DNA of 64,000 nt, from assembly GCF_006345805.1 (NCBI RefSeq), contig NC_042998.1, forward strand, positions 166,904,001 to 166,968,000, given 5' to 3'. The stretch is from Octopus sinensis (taxonomy: Eukaryota). Shown here piece after piece: positions 12,598 through 25,930 of this stretch (its first letter is position 1; each line of letters opens with the position of its first letter). The translations under genes and the position numbers were made by a program. The notes beneath the pieces were generated by a model. That model was not told the DNA's origin. It made no database searches and was given only the letters and a program-made list of their open reading frames with translations.

Positions 12598-13090
12598 CCT
12601 TTTCGCCAAAGCCACTAGACAGAGGAACACCGCTTGCCCATCCTTCTTAAAGTTGGGTGGTAGAGCGTTCCTACGATGGATTCAATCGATAACGGGATTC
12701 ATCCCACACGCCGTAAGAGCTGTTTGACATAAGTGTACAACTTAGCAACACTCGGACACTGCATGAGTGCATGCAAAACAGTTTCTTAACTCTGCGCGCA
12801 TCTCGAACGGTTCCGCCTGACAAGCGCTTCCATGCGTGTAGAGTTTATTTCGAACAGGCAGTGCTTTTCTGCCAAGCCAGAGATTTCTGGGGATTATCCA
12901 TAGCAGTTGTGCCGGACCCAAAAGCCCTTCGAAATAGACCAGTTAGTACATATTCGTCGACGCCAAGAATTTTCTTGTGACTGTCATCGCTCTTACTCAC
13001 TACTAGATTTCTACATATTGCTACCATAGAACATGCTCTGGCCGTCTTGCCCCATTGACAGAGAACAGTGAAAGTTTGACGACATTCCAG
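12598..13090 (-). mobile_element. L1/Tx1-type LINE ORF2 C-terminal fragment (zinc-finger region)
   Basis: Minus-strand peptides QKSLAWQ, RCAQS*ETVLHALMQCPSVAKLY and AVFLCLVALAK, with frameshifts. Confidence 0.7.
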
Positions 13091-13466
13091 ATGCCAGATG
13101 ATAATGATGATGATGATGAATGATGACGACGACGACAACGACGACACGACGACGACGATGATGATGATGATGATGAGGATTTTTTTAATCGCCACAAGGT
13201 CATCAGATGTGAGGGATATTAGAAAGGCAGTGTACAATTTGTGTGTATATATAAGGAAAGGGGTAAGAAAGGGATGGGGATGGGATATGGTTGCAGCAGT
13301 GATGGTGGTTTGTTGTGGTAATACTCTCCGCCTGTTGTTGTTGTTATGGTGGATGCAGTGGTTGTCATGGTGATTTTGCTATTCTGATAGCGCTAGTTGT
13401 AACTATGGTGATAGGGTTGTGGTATTGGCATTTAATATCACAACTATTGGTGGACGTTGTTGTCGT

Positions 13467-13542
13467 CTTCTTCTTCTTCTTCTTCTTCTTCTTCTTCTTC
13501 TTCTTCTTCTTCTTCTTCTTCTTCTTCTTCTTCTTCTTCTTC
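13467..13542. repeat. (TTC)n microsatellite
   Basis: Direct observation. Confidence 0.95.
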
Positions 13543-13799
13543 TCCTCCTTCCAATCAGGACTCACGCCCTTAGCCACAAAAATCTCTAATTCGAGCCTAC
13601 TCTAAGCTACAAAGAATGCGTGTGGCAACTTGATGATCCACCCACCACACGCGATAGGCGCGAAAGCTATGTTGTTATCCTCATTCCGTAAACGATGGCT
13701 TTTTTAAGGGTGGAGAGCTGAACCATCCTGGGTTACAGAGGATTCGCAATCTAGACTAGGGTCTGAAAGTTTGCCACACCATAATGGTTTACACCATGG

Positions 13800-14008
13800 T
13801 TCCTCTGCTTTGTGATAGAAGTAGGAAGAAAGAGTGGGAGAAAGTTGTGGTGAAAGAGTACAGCGGGGTTCACCCTCACCCCGCCGGAGCCTCCTGGAAC
13901 TTAGGGGTTTTTGCTCAATAAACACTCACAATGCCCGATCTGGGAATCGAAACCGCGTTCTTACGACCGTGAGTCCGCTGCCCTAACCACTGGCCATTGC
14001 GCCTCCAC
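13800..14008 (-). mobile_element. SINE family C (tRNA-derived head)
   Basis: Minus strand gtggaggcgcaatggccagtggttagggcag...gtttcgattccc; body homologous to 37928-38190. Confidence 0.8.
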
Positions 14009-14779
14009 GGACGTTGTTATTGTTCTTGTTCTTGTTGCTCTTGTTTTTGTTCTCGTTGTTGTTGGAATATAGTCCCCATCCTACAATCCTGACATCAAGT
14101 CAGCTTCAAACAGCAGACCTTTTTGAACAAATACCATTTACGACCATCCCGTCATTTAGTTATTTAGCTTTCATCCTTTATTTTTATGTATTTCAGCCAG
14201 TAGACTACGCCATGCTGAGGCACCATCTTCAAGAATTTTAGTAGAATAAAATAGACCCAGTACATTTTCCTTTAAGTGTAGTGCTTATTCTAGTGTTCCC
14301 TTTTTGCCAAACCGCTCAGTTACGGAGACGTAAATGCACTAACATCGGTTATCAAGAGGAAAGGAAATGCAGAGGCCAACACAACACACTCACACACATA
14401 CACCCACGGTGCTGGTAGTTTATGACCGATAGAATAAGAACCAAATTCAAAATAAACTTCTGGGGTCAATTCGTTCAACTAAACTTCATCAAGGCGGTAC
14501 CCCACCATGGCAGCAGTCAGTTCATCGAACTATAAGAAGTTCAAGATTTAAAAGTTAAGGTTTTTTCTTCAAGGGGCCCTATTTTTCTTCATAGTCTATA
14601 TAACATCTCAAAGGTCATCAGGTACAACAAAATATAAACTTCCGCTGATATTTCCAAGGTTGAGAAACTTGTAAATAGTGAAGACCAAACAAATTCCAGT
14701 TCTGCATGTTGTAAGTCAAAGGGCGAACAGATGCTGATAAATGCGGGGAAAATGGAACTCAGTTACTATAGAAAAGTAA

Positions 14780-15060
14780 GAGCCCTACATGATTTGCCCA
14801 AATGCCCATAATAAGCTAACAATTAATCAAAGGCTGCAATCCCCTGTTATACGCACTCCACACAAGTCAAGATCACAATACATAAACATACTGCAACAAA
14901 ATTATTCTTTCTTAACAGCCCCTGCTCTATCTAACATTATCCTGAAACACATGAAAGACGAAAAAGATCCCTTAACCTTCAAACTATACTTGGAAACTTT
15001 TCAAGGAATACCAGATCAGTCTCATATACCGTGATACAACTCAATCACCAGCACTCCACT
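14780..15060 (+). mobile_element. CR1-type LINE 3' ORF2 remnant
   Basis: SFLTAPALSNIILKHMKDEKDPLTFKLYLETFQGIPDQ resembles the CR1 C-terminal pattern GPxLFNxLP...FKxxLDxFLxxIPD. Confidence 0.65.
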
Positions 15061-15235
15061 TAAATTAAGTATGGTATCACAAAATTTGACTTCAAAATGA
15101 CTTAACTCAATCTACCAGATGGTGCTTTTCAGATAGACATGGCCTACAGCAATTTTGGGGTGAAACATATCTAAGTTTATATATATGTTAATGTATATAT
15201 GGATATATATATGTGTGGTGTGTATATATATATAC

Positions 15236-15268
<33 letters not shown>

Positions 15269-15656
15269 GATATATATATATAAATATATATATATATACA
15301 TATATATCATGCATACATATATATATATACATATATATATATATACTTACATACATATATATATATATCTTACATATATATATATATATATATATAGATA
15401 TATATATATATAACACACAGACAGACAGTGACAGAGACAAAGACAAATACATAGATACAAACACATACACACACACAAACCTCAGATGGATAAAGAGAAA
15501 GAGTAAGACAGACAGATAGAGAGAGACCCAGTGAGGAATGGTATTTTTTTTTCAACATCAAAGAACGTAAACCTTGGATTCAATGGTCTAAGGACAACGA
15601 GTCCTTCACACGGAATATCAAGACTTTTGGAACTCATTATATAAAGCCACTTAAAC

Positions 15657-16065
15657 CAGTTCTTCTCAAAGTGGTGTCTGCGAGCCATTAGCTGTTGGTA
15701 TGCGGCGAATTTCCAGAAAAGAACGAAACATTATAAAATGCTTGTAAAATGCCTATAAATGCTTATGTAATATTGTGTTATTTGTTTACAAAATAAATAT
15801 ATAATATAAAAAATTGTCAACTTTTATTATACTCTCTCTCTCTTTACTCTTTTACTCTTTTACTTGTTTCAGTCATATGACTGCGGCCATGCTGAAGCAC
15901 CACCTTTAATCGAGCAACTCGACCCCGGGACTTATTCTTTTGTAAGCCCAGTAATTATTCTATTGGTCTCTTTTGTCGAACCGCTAAGTAACGGGGACAT
16001 AAACACACTAGCAATGGTTGTCAAGCAATGCTAGGGGGACAAACACAGACACACAAACACACACA

Positions 16066-16097
<32 letters not shown>

Positions 16098-16383
16098 CAT
16101 ATATACTACGGGCTTCTTTCAGTTTCCGTCTACCAAATCCACTCACAAGGCTTTGGTCGGCCCGAGGCTATAGTAGAAGACACTTGCCCAAGGTGCCACG
16201 CAGTGGGACTGAACCCGGTCCATGTGGTTGGTAAGCTACTTACCACACAGCCACTCCTGTGCCTATCTTATATATATTGTTTCCAGTATAAATTTATATC
16301 ACTAAGAAATATTACCCGTCCCTGGCACATTGGAAAAAAAAAAAACTGCCGGTACGCCACATCAGATATTTTGTGAAGCACTG
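15657..16383. mobile_element. Non-autonomous hAT element (MITE) with perfect 8-bp TSD, carrying a nested SINE
   Basis: TIRs cagttcttctcaaa / tttgtgaagcactg; TSD acttaaac at 15649-15656 and 16384-16391; the paralogous empty site near 24000 has a single acttaaac. Confidence 0.85.
15835..16264 (-). mobile_element. Full-length SINE family A nested in the hAT MITE
   Basis: Near-identical to 1456-1874. Confidence 0.9.
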
Positions 16384-17121
16384 ACTTAAACTACCAGCAG
16401 AGAAAAATACAACTGCACAAAAAATGCAGACAATGCAACCTTTTCAATGCACACATTAGATATACTCAGATGAACACATTTTTTGGAACAATACACACAC
16501 AAATATGCATGCATTAAAGAAGTATATGCTCATTCATAACGTTGAATATTCAAATAAGGCAGCTGTAAATACTGACCGGGTTAATAGACCGTCCCCTCCC
16601 TCTCAAACGTGTGACCTTGAGTAGCAAATGCTATAAACCTACATTTAAATAATTCTTGGTTGTAGTATGTGTGAGCGCTTGTATGCACGTGCACGACTCT
16701 GTGTGCATATATATATAAACATGAGTCATTTATATACATCGTCTTCTCTCTTTATAACTCATACTCATTCTTCTATTTTTTGCTATTTGCTTACGTTAAC
16801 TATCTAGCATTAGCTTATTTATATACCACTTCACGCTAAACTCCGTTGTCTTCTACAGATTTTTAAAGATCTTATACTAAGCACAGATTTTATCGGTTAG
16901 TTTTAATCTACTGTCTTCCCATTGAAAATTTCTCCTACTTACTACGCTTACATATATAGGGCTATAATTCTAATTTCCAAACTTATCTATAGAGGGAACG
17001 TCTCCGATGCCTCTTTACTTTTTTCCTCAAATAACCGCTGAAACAGTTAGTTATGACTCTCCTAAATCCAATTTTTTCTGCTCAATTCTTTTTTAAGTTC
17101 CTTGTATTATGGTTTCTGTCC

Positions 17122-17216
17122 TTCCTGCACTGAAGAGTACGATGATATTTTGTTAATTTGATTTAATCATGAATTTATATAATTATATTTTTGTACGAAA
17201 CGATCGCCTGCAAGAA
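17122..17216 (+). ncRNA. Type-I hammerhead ribozyme with long helix II, cleavage site mutated
   Basis: TGCA CTGAAGA GTAC...GTAC GAAA CGATCG CC TGCA; same architecture as 56032-56124, but CC replaces UH. Confidence 0.7.
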
Positions 17217-17466
17217 TTATACTTCTTATAAATTTTAACAAGTTGTTTCCTCCATTTTTAACGAAATTGATGTGATTTATGGAACTCCATTCCATAAATG
17301 CATCACGCATTATATACAATTACTACTTTCATATATTCGCATATTTACGACTGTAAACTCTCAGTAAAGTATGAAGAATCAGCGTTAGACATCTTTTTTG
17401 AAAGCCTCTAATTAAGGGACGCATCCACATTCAACCTTTATACACCTATATGTATGTATGTATTAT

Positions 17467-17554
<88 letters not shown>

Positions 17555-18142
17555 CACACACACGCACAAACTCCTTCATGTACAGAGATATGCAGACACA
17601 TGTTATGCATGTATGTAAGTATGTATGTATGTATATATATATATATATATATAATATATATAATGGATAATAAAACGAATGGTTTACACCTGGAATTTCC
17701 CATCTTCCGTCTTTCACTTGCTATATATATATATAATATATAATATAATATTATATATATATATAATATGTATCAATGTACATATAACACATATGCGTTT
17801 ACGTATAGGTGCATTGGTATGTGCGTTTATGTGTGTATTAATGTGTGCATCTGCGTTTGTGTGCATGCTTGAGTGTGTGTGCGTGTGTGTGTGGTTATGT
17901 GGTTAGGTTAATGGTTTCACTCAGGAAATTTGACGCTTGGTAAGAAAGGGCGCCAAAAATTCGTTTGCTATCAGCAATGTATCAGATATTCTGTTGTGTA
18001 ACTTGTTACACCGTATGAATATAGTCAGCCCGAGTTTGTACGTAAACATACGCGTGATCGCGCGGAATGATTATATCAAAATACGTATTTAATATAATAT
18101 AATATAATATAAATGTATATGTGTATATATATATATATTATA

Positions 18143-18188
<46 letters not shown>

Positions 18189-18600
18189 GCACACACGCAC
18201 ACATACACACACACCACACATATACATATACAGAGAGAGAGAGAGAGAGAGAGACGCAGGCATGCTTGTATAGTAAGAAGGTTGTTTCCCAAGCACATGA
18301 TTTCAGTTTCAGTCCCACTGTTTGCCAACTAGGGCAAGTGTCTTCTACCATAACCCCGGGAAGACCCAAAGCCTGAAAGAAGCTCGTCCTACACACACAC
18401 CGGCACACACACGCGCGCGCGCGCATACACACACGCACATACATATACATAGGTATAATACGACAAAAGCATAAGCAAACAGTTGCCAGGTATTAAATCA
18501 ATTATATTTATATAACATTTAAGATCAAAATAAGTAAATATATATTATTTTTTTTATTTGTTTCAGTCATTTTGGCTGCGGCCATGATGGAGCACCGCCT

Positions 18601-18637
<37 letters not shown>

Positions 18638-18660
18638 TATATATATATATATATATGTAG

Positions 18661-19130
18661 GGAGAATTCACGAAAAAAAACAAAAGACAAAAACAGGTGG
18701 TGTAGAAAACAAACAGATGTATTAGTATAACACTCAGGAATTGAAAAATTCTTTTACGTTTCGAGCCTACGCCCTTCCATGCAGCAAGAAAGAAGGAAAA
18801 GCCAGGAATGTGAAAAGTTTATAATGGTTCAGATGGGTGAGGTACCCAATAGGATGAAAGGAAGGCCATAGTATTGATATGAATTTCAAAGTTAAGTAGA
18901 TAAATGGAAAGTTTGCATTTGACATAAAAAGAGGTGTGTTCGAATGAGGATATGAAACCGTTGGTAAGCCCATCTGATAGACTAAATTCACGGGTGCCCT
19001 AAGAGATAGGGTAGTGAACACCCAGCAGAGAGATTTGCAATTTGTGCCGTCTATGGCACAAATTCATATCAGTGAACATGGCACTTAAATCTCAAACGAA
19101 ATGTTTTCATGACCACTGGGGTAGCTGTTT
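18661..19130 (-). mobile_element. Penelope-like element 3' end with degenerate hammerhead (18751-18788)
   Basis: 18661-18790 matches 57590-57710; hammerhead-like GGGC gtag GCTC GAAA CG TA AAAG on the minus strand; abuts a (TA)n tract. Confidence 0.6.
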
Positions 19131-19238
19131 GGGTGCTGGCGATTTATTACGACTGGCTAGGCATTAATTATGTTTTGGCGACAGTACTTTTTGGCACTAG
19201 AGGCAAACACGTATTCACACACATACGTAAACGCATGC

Positions 19239-19278
<40 letters not shown>

Positions 19279-19463
19279 TGAGAGGGAGAGAGAGAGAGAA
19301 AGAGAAAGAGAAGGAGAGGGTTGAGGGAGAGAGAGGGAGAGAGAGAAGCGGCGAGTGAGTGAGTGAGGGAGTGAGATTATACAGTAAGTCATGAATTCAA
19401 TACGATTGACACGAACACTTGCCCTCTCATGCACATAAAGAGAGATATACTCTCGCACATAAA

Positions 19464-19600
19464 CATTCCGTTACTTAGCCCATCGGTAACGCTTCCACAG
19501 GATTAGAGAAAAAGCGGGAGAAAGAAGGGAGAGAGAAAGAGAGAAGGAAAGAGAAAAGTGAGAGAGAAGAAAGAGGGAGAGGGAAGCGTTCATGAATGTG
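19464..19600 (+). mobile_element. Fragment of the Helitron family found at 24515-25388
   Basis: cattccgttacttagcccatcggtaacgc...gattagagaaaaa is the reverse complement of about 25300-25368. Confidence 0.6.
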
Positions 19601-20379
19601 CGTGTGTGTGTCTGTATGTTTGTGTGTAAGAGAGAATGTGTATGATTGTGTGTGTGTTTCTGTATGCATGTGTGTGACTGTGAATGTGTCAGGGGCGTGC
19701 ACTCTCAGCAATGCAAGGTATGCGCTGCATGCCTTCTTTGTTTCAAAGAAAATACGTCCAGTTGTTTTAGAAATATTGTCTCCACTTCGTACATCTGCTT
19801 TGATAAATGCTTTTAGAAGATCGCATGATACACACTCCCTCTCTGTCTGTATTAGTTTGTCCTTCCTTCCTCTCTCTCTCTCTCTATCTTAGTGACTCGA
19901 TAAATTTATCGCTTGTCATGCGTTGAGAAGACAGCATGAGTCCCCTTCTCTCTGTCTTTGATAGTTTGTCCCTTCTTCCTCTTTCTTTGTTTAAAAGATA
20001 TGCTACGAGAAATGGTCACCCCCTTCTCTCTCAACGATTCGACAAATTCAGTTTGGCGTGTCATGCTGTTCTAAGATCGCATATCACGCTTCTCTGGCTA
20101 TTTTGACCGGAACAAGAGCCGTCCCATAATTCTTGTTTTAGCCAGCTGAAATGTTGGAATAGCCTTCGCTTGTAAGTAAGAAATTTTTTATCCAAAACAT
20201 CCGTTTGCACTATCATATTTTTAGAAGGTTTTGAAAGCAAAAATATCTATATTATATTTCTTATTTCAGAAATAGCTAATTAATCTTAAATTAATTTAAC
20301 AAAGGGTATTTTTCCGTTTTGTTGAAATTTACGCCGGCGCTTCCACGTGGGTCCTTAAATAAGAACAGCCTTTTTCAAA

Positions 20380-22514
20380 ATGAGTGAAATGTGTGCTATA
20401 AACGATATTTTGAGAACTAGTTTTTCTAAAAGGGACTTCGATGGGAAAAAATTAATTATAAATCGTGGAGACCAACACCGAATTTACCTAATTTGCGAAG
20501 CTACAACAAGAAATTCACGAGACAATTTCAGGTTAATCGTATGAAAAGAAGAAATGGTTAACTGGAAGTGTTGCTCTTAATAAATTATTCTGTTGGCCGT
20601 GTTTACTTTTTGGCTTAGAAAAATTGTTTGGAATGATAAAGGCTATGATGATTTAAATAATTTACATATGGCTATGCTAAAGCACGAGCGTTCTCAAAGG
20701 CATATAAAATGTTTGATAGACCTTAAAATATTCGGGAATGTTCGCATAGACTTACAATTAGATGCACGTAAAAATCAAAGCATACAACAGCATAATGAGA
20801 AAGTTCGACGAAACAGATCCATTCTGCAACGATTGATCGATGTTGTTATTTTTTTAGGCCTCCAGGAATTATCGTTTCGGGGTCATTTTGAATCTGAAGG
20901 CTCTAATAATCGGGGAAATTATAAAGAACTCGTTTATTTGATCAGTAAATATGACAAACAAATGGAATGTCATTTAGATACAGCTTCTATCTTCACTGGT
21001 CTGTCGAACAGAATTCAAAATGACTTGATCGAAGCAATTCATAAAGTTATGTTGAATGAGATGCAGAAGGAAATTGACCAAGCTAAGTTTGTTTCTATTC
21101 TTGTTGATGAGACATCTGATGTCTCAGCATCTTCACAACTGTCAACAGTTTTACGTTATGTTACAGAAGACTGTGTGACGAAAGAACGATTTATCGGTTT
21201 TAGTGATGTTAGTGAAGATCGATCTGCAAATGCTTTATCTGAACATGTTTTTAAATGCATTGAGACGTGGAATGTGGAAACAAATTGATTGCGCAGACAT
21301 ATGATGGTGCCGCTACAATGGCAGGACAACTAAATGGGTTACAGGCAAAAGTAAGAAAGAAATATGAATGTGCGATCTTTATTCATTGTTGTGCCCATAT
21401 CCTAAATTTAGTTCTTTCACAATCATGCTCTGCTATGAAAGAATGCAAGATATTTTTTTCTACAATAAACGGACTCGGTACATTTTTTACGAAATCACCG
21501 AAAAGGACTAATGCATTAGATAATATTGTAAAAAAAAGATTTCCGAAAGCAACAGCAACTAGATGGAATTACTCCTCACGTCTTATTATTACCACAAAGG
21601 AAAATTATAATTTCATAATCAGCCTTTTTGAACACATCATTGAAAATCCTGAAGCATGGGATGATACCACCATAAATTCAGCAATTGGATTCTTACACAC
21701 TTTAAAAGCTCCTGATTTCTTATTTTTGTTAGAGGTATTCAGTGACATTTTTTCTTTTACTGACGTCTTATTTAACATACTCCAGAGTAAAAGTCATGAC
21801 ATAGTGTATTGTAAACAGCAAATAGATAAAACTAGAACTGTACTCGAAAACAAACTTGATAATTTTTCAGTCTTTTATGATAGGTTAGGGGAAAAATATG
21901 GAGTCGATGCAGGAATCGGAATTCAGAGATCCAAGAATATATCTATTGATCCCCAACGACATTATAGAACGCTTTATAACAAAATTATAAGTACAATAGT
22001 TGACCAAATAAAAGCACGATATTCATCCTTAGAAGAGTTTAAATTCATGGAACTTTTGAATTTCAACAAAGTTGATGAGTATTGCAAACAATTTCCTGTG
22101 GACTCTTTAGATTTTAAGAACAACTTATGGCAGATTTTTGATGTAATACGATTACAAAGTGAGCTCAATGTGATGTATTCAATGAAAGATTTTAAAAAAC
22201 CAAGTGTAAGTCATTTAATGAGTTACATTAACAGCACTGATCTTGTTGAAGCTATGCCAGAACTCTTCAATCTGTGCAAGTTGATTTTGACAATTCCGTC
22301 TACCACTGCTTCTGTAGAGCGATCCTTTTCTGCATTAAGTAGAATTAAAACATACCAAAGAAATGCGACAGGAGAAAGAAGACTGTCTGTGTTAGCACTA
22401 ATGTCAATTGAAAAAGATTTATTACAAGAATTGATGAAAAGAGAAGATTTCTATGAAAATGTGATAGATATATTTGCCCAGAAAGATCGAAGAATTGAAT
22501 TAATTTATAAATGA
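20380..22514 (+). pseudogene. hAT transposase, stop-free segments joined by single-base frameshifts
   Basis: ATG at 20380. Motifs LFCWPCLLF, LSFRGH, NRIQNDLI, DETSD, YDGA, HCCAH, TRW, and STTASVERSFSALSRIKT (catalytic D, D, E and the hAT dimerisation domain). Frameshifts near 20468, 20538, 20610 and 21280. Confidence 0.9.
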
Positions 22515-23092
22515 GCTAAGTAACATTTTAAAACATTAAAAAAATAATATATTAAAGAGCATATATTACAGGTTTTGCTTAGTGTTTGTTATAACGTAAG
22601 GTTCGACCTTCTTACATCAGTATTGTTTCGCAGGAGAAATGTTTTGATTTCTTCGTGAAACCTAACCTACATAGATTTCCCTTTCTGTGCTGCTGGGTGT
22701 AGTCTATTTACGGCCGTAAATAAATGTCTTGTTTCACTTTCAATAAGTGTCTTGTTTCAATCTCAGAGATGTTGATTTCTGCCACAACAGTTTTGGGAGG
22801 CTTTTTACAATGTTGAATTTTCGCTGTCTTTCATTGTGTGCGTATTCATGTATATGCGTGTATTTTCAATGTTGTTGTGCGTGAGACGTAGTCCTTAATG
22901 TACGGAGTTCAGTAAGTCTCAGAACAGTCAATAATTTTCCCGGAATTGACAAGTAGCATGATAAAGAACCTGACTTGTCTTCGAGAGCGTAACGATCTAA
23001 AACCATGGCCATATAATGTAACTAAATGTGTTCTTTTAATTAAATCATTTCATTCAGCTCAACCGATATGTATAGGGGCTAATGCAGAATCG

Positions 23093-23420
23093 CACCCCTT
23101 GAAAAACGAATTTATGTGAAAATTTTTTTTCGGATTCCTACTTTAACAGAGATTCTGAATATGCAAAAATATTGACAGAATCCAATTTCATCTTTATTAC
23201 ATTTCACTTATGATTTTTAGACTTTTCTAAGGGAGAATGAGGATGGGAAAGTACTGACGTTTCGAAGAGCAAAGAATAATACAAACAATACACTTATTTC
23301 AGGATCATCTCTGCACAGCCATTTTTTATTCCCTGTTTATTCTGCATATTCAGAATCTCTTATATGTAAATCGTAGGAATACGAAAATGTCTTACTGAAA
23401 AATTGCCGGGGGGGGGGGGC
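23093..23420. repeat. Internal foldback (possible nested MITE) in the hAT 3' region
   Basis: ttcggattcctac...agagattctgaatatgca is mirrored by tgcatattcagaatctct...gtaggaatacgaa; C-run and G-run at the outer ends. Confidence 0.6.
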
Positions 23421-23944
23421 AATGAAATTAATTGCATGCCCAACGCCGGAAGTCACCGCACGCCACTGGAGTGTGTGTGTCTGTACGATTCTGTGTGCGC
23501 GCGCGAGCATGAGAAAGAGCTAGAGAAAGAGAGAGAGTGTATGTATGAGAGATAGCGAGAGAGAGAGAGAAAGAGCGGTAGAAACAGAGAGGAGGAGACA
23601 GCGATAGAGAGAAAGAGAGCGAGAGCGAGAGAACTATAAATGGAAAATTTTCACGGTGCGAAAAAGACCAGGGTACAAATCGCCTGATGTAATTTTTACG
23701 TCAGCGTCAGATCAGCTACGCTTAATACGCTGGCTCAAAACGTTTCATACCCCACGTTTGAAACGTTTTGTGCCACGTTTCATACACAGTAAGTTCGATA
23801 ACTTATGTATGAAAAAAAATTAAATCCAAGAGAGAATGGAATGATAAACCACTTTAGTAATGCTCAAATAAGGATTCAATCGACAGTTTCAGCAATCCAA
23901 TGATTTTTAAAAGTTGCGAGGTGGGTTTTCGAAAAAATAATTTA

Positions 23945-24195
23945 AGGTTGCGCGGTCTCTGCATTTTTTCGTGCAGCTGTAATTTTCTTTCTTGATAGTT
24001 TAAGTGATTTTATGTAATTCGTTCCAAAATTGTTGATATTCTGTGTGACGGACTCGTTGTTTTTAGACCAGGGAATCCTTTAGTTATTGAAAGTAGAGAT
24101 ATCATTCCTCACTGGGTCTGTCTCTATCTGTCTGTCTGCCTCCAGGCTCTCTCTCTCTCTCTCTCTCTCTCTTTATCCATCTGTGGTTTGTGTTT
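23945..24195 (-). repeat. Inverted paralogue of 15470-15656 plus 16384-16445 (empty site of the hAT MITE)
   Basis: Reverse complement aligns across the MITE insertion point with a single acttaaac. Confidence 0.75.
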
Positions 24196-24514
24196 GTATG
24201 AGTGTGTGTGTGTGTGTGTTGTGTGTGTGTGTGTGTGTGTGTGTGCGTGCGCGTGTGAATCTGTCGTGCTACTTATTCTATTAAGCATAAGTATGATTAA
24301 TGAAAAATTTTAACTTAACAACACGCTTATTTTAAAACTTAAAGTGTGAAGTATTTTTGAAACCTTCCATACCAGTAATTTATATTTGACCTCCAATACA
24401 CCACGAATTCAAAACGATTTACAACCACCGATATAGACAACACCACAAGTGATATTTCACCTGCAATATATGTTTCTATTAACTTAAAACAAAAGTTCGG
24501 CAAATATTAATATA

Positions 24515-25388
24515 CTAGCGGGATCCGTGAAATTTCACGAAATTAATGGTAAAACTATTGGGTTATTTCTTAAAACTTTATCCAAAAACCCGAAAGCATA
24601 GCCTGCGTTGCGTCTGTATGGAAAGATAGTCGCTCATCTGTTACGCATTGAAAAGTGAAAGAAATTGGAATACGACGATTACTTAATGCACTTTAATACT
24701 TTATGCACAATTTTATAGACTTAATACACAGCACTCATAATATTAATATCCACTCTTATTTTTCCATTTTCCCCATAAGCAAGAACAAAAATATCCCGTA
24801 CATATGATACAACCTTTAGTTAAATTTCCTCGTAAATAAGCATGAATATTTCATGGAATTGCACTTACGTGCATGCGTTAAGTGATAGATAATATAAAAA
24901 CTTAGTTCACTAAAAAAATAACATTTTTCACTATCCAATCACCATCGCCACCTCCAACACCAACACCTCCACCACCACCTCCCTCTCCACTACCACCACC
25001 ACCTCCCTCTCTACTACCACCACCACCACCATCACCATCTCTCTCCTCTCTCTCCCTCTCTCTCCCTCTCTCTCCCTCTCTCTCTCCCTCTCTCATTCTC
25101 TCTCTCTGTGCCTTTCTTTAACCTCACCATCAGAACATCAACCCTCTGCTAAAATTATTTTTAACTCTCCTCCTCTATATCATCACTACCTGCAAGTAAC
25201 ATTTTAACCAACTACGCTCTCCGTACCTTTCGTCATGAACGCTTCTCTCTCCCTCTTTCTCACTCTCTTTTCTCTCTTACTTTTCTCCCCCCCCTCTCTC
25301 TCTCTTCTTTCTCCCTCTTTTTCTCTAATCTTGTGAAAGCGTTACCCATGGGCTAAGTAACGGAATGACAAGCAGAATTATTATAAGA
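24515..25388 (-). mobile_element. Non-autonomous Helitron
   Basis: On the minus strand: 5' A|TCTTATAATAA, 3' hairpin cgtgaaatttcacg followed by CTAG|T; inserted between A and T with no TSD. Confidence 0.8.
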
Positions 25389-25689
25389 TTCTTGGAAAGT
25401 GGATCTCGAGTTCTATTTTAGTTTAATGAATTATTTTGCAAGCTCACTTAATCCAGGATTTCGTAACCGCCTGTAACCCAACGTTTCGTATTACCGAATG
25501 GTGTATTAGATGCACCCACACGCCACGTTTTGAAAAATAAATAAATAAATGAAATCTTAAAATAAAACAAAAAACAGCAGGTTATTTTAATCAAATGAAA
25601 AGTTCACTTTGCGTAGTGATTTATTGTCCATGTTTTTTTTTTATATACTAACCCATTCAGGAAGTGCTTCTGTGTAGATATTTGCATAA

Positions 25690-25930
25690 TTAGTCTGCCA
25701 GAATACTTTATTAGCCAGTCTTAGGTAGAGTCCAGCTCAACTCCTAAAGTCCTTCCATGGCTTAGCTCTTAACGTTTTTACTGTCTCTGCAGCAACGTTT
25801 TGCACTTGAGTGTAACGCATGAGCAATAGGGGAGAATTACCCCCAGGCCACTCTTTGTAAGCCTCCTTGTTTCGGATGGCATCGTAATCCCTAGTTAAAT
25901 CAAGGGGTTCTCTTACCATTTGGTGCCACA
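25690..25930 (-). mobile_element. RTE-type LINE fragment (EN-RT linker)
   Basis: AIRNKEAYKEW...RYTQVQNVAAETVKTLRAKPWKDF...ANKVFWQT. Confidence 0.6.

Larger units (their letters stand above)
19690..23468 (+). mobile_element. Full-length hAT DNA transposon (ZMYM1/DUF4371-type transposase)
   Basis: TIRs CAGGGGCGTGC / GCACGCCACTG (10/11 match); 8-bp TSD gaatgtgt / gagtgtgt (7/8 match); subterminal repeats at about 19815-19980; transposase inside. Confidence 0.9.

Noticed and set aside
19464-25368. Long inverted repeats flanking the hAT as TIRs of a larger element
   Set aside because: Better explained as two oppositely oriented copies of one Helitron family; the hAT has its own TIRs and TSD.
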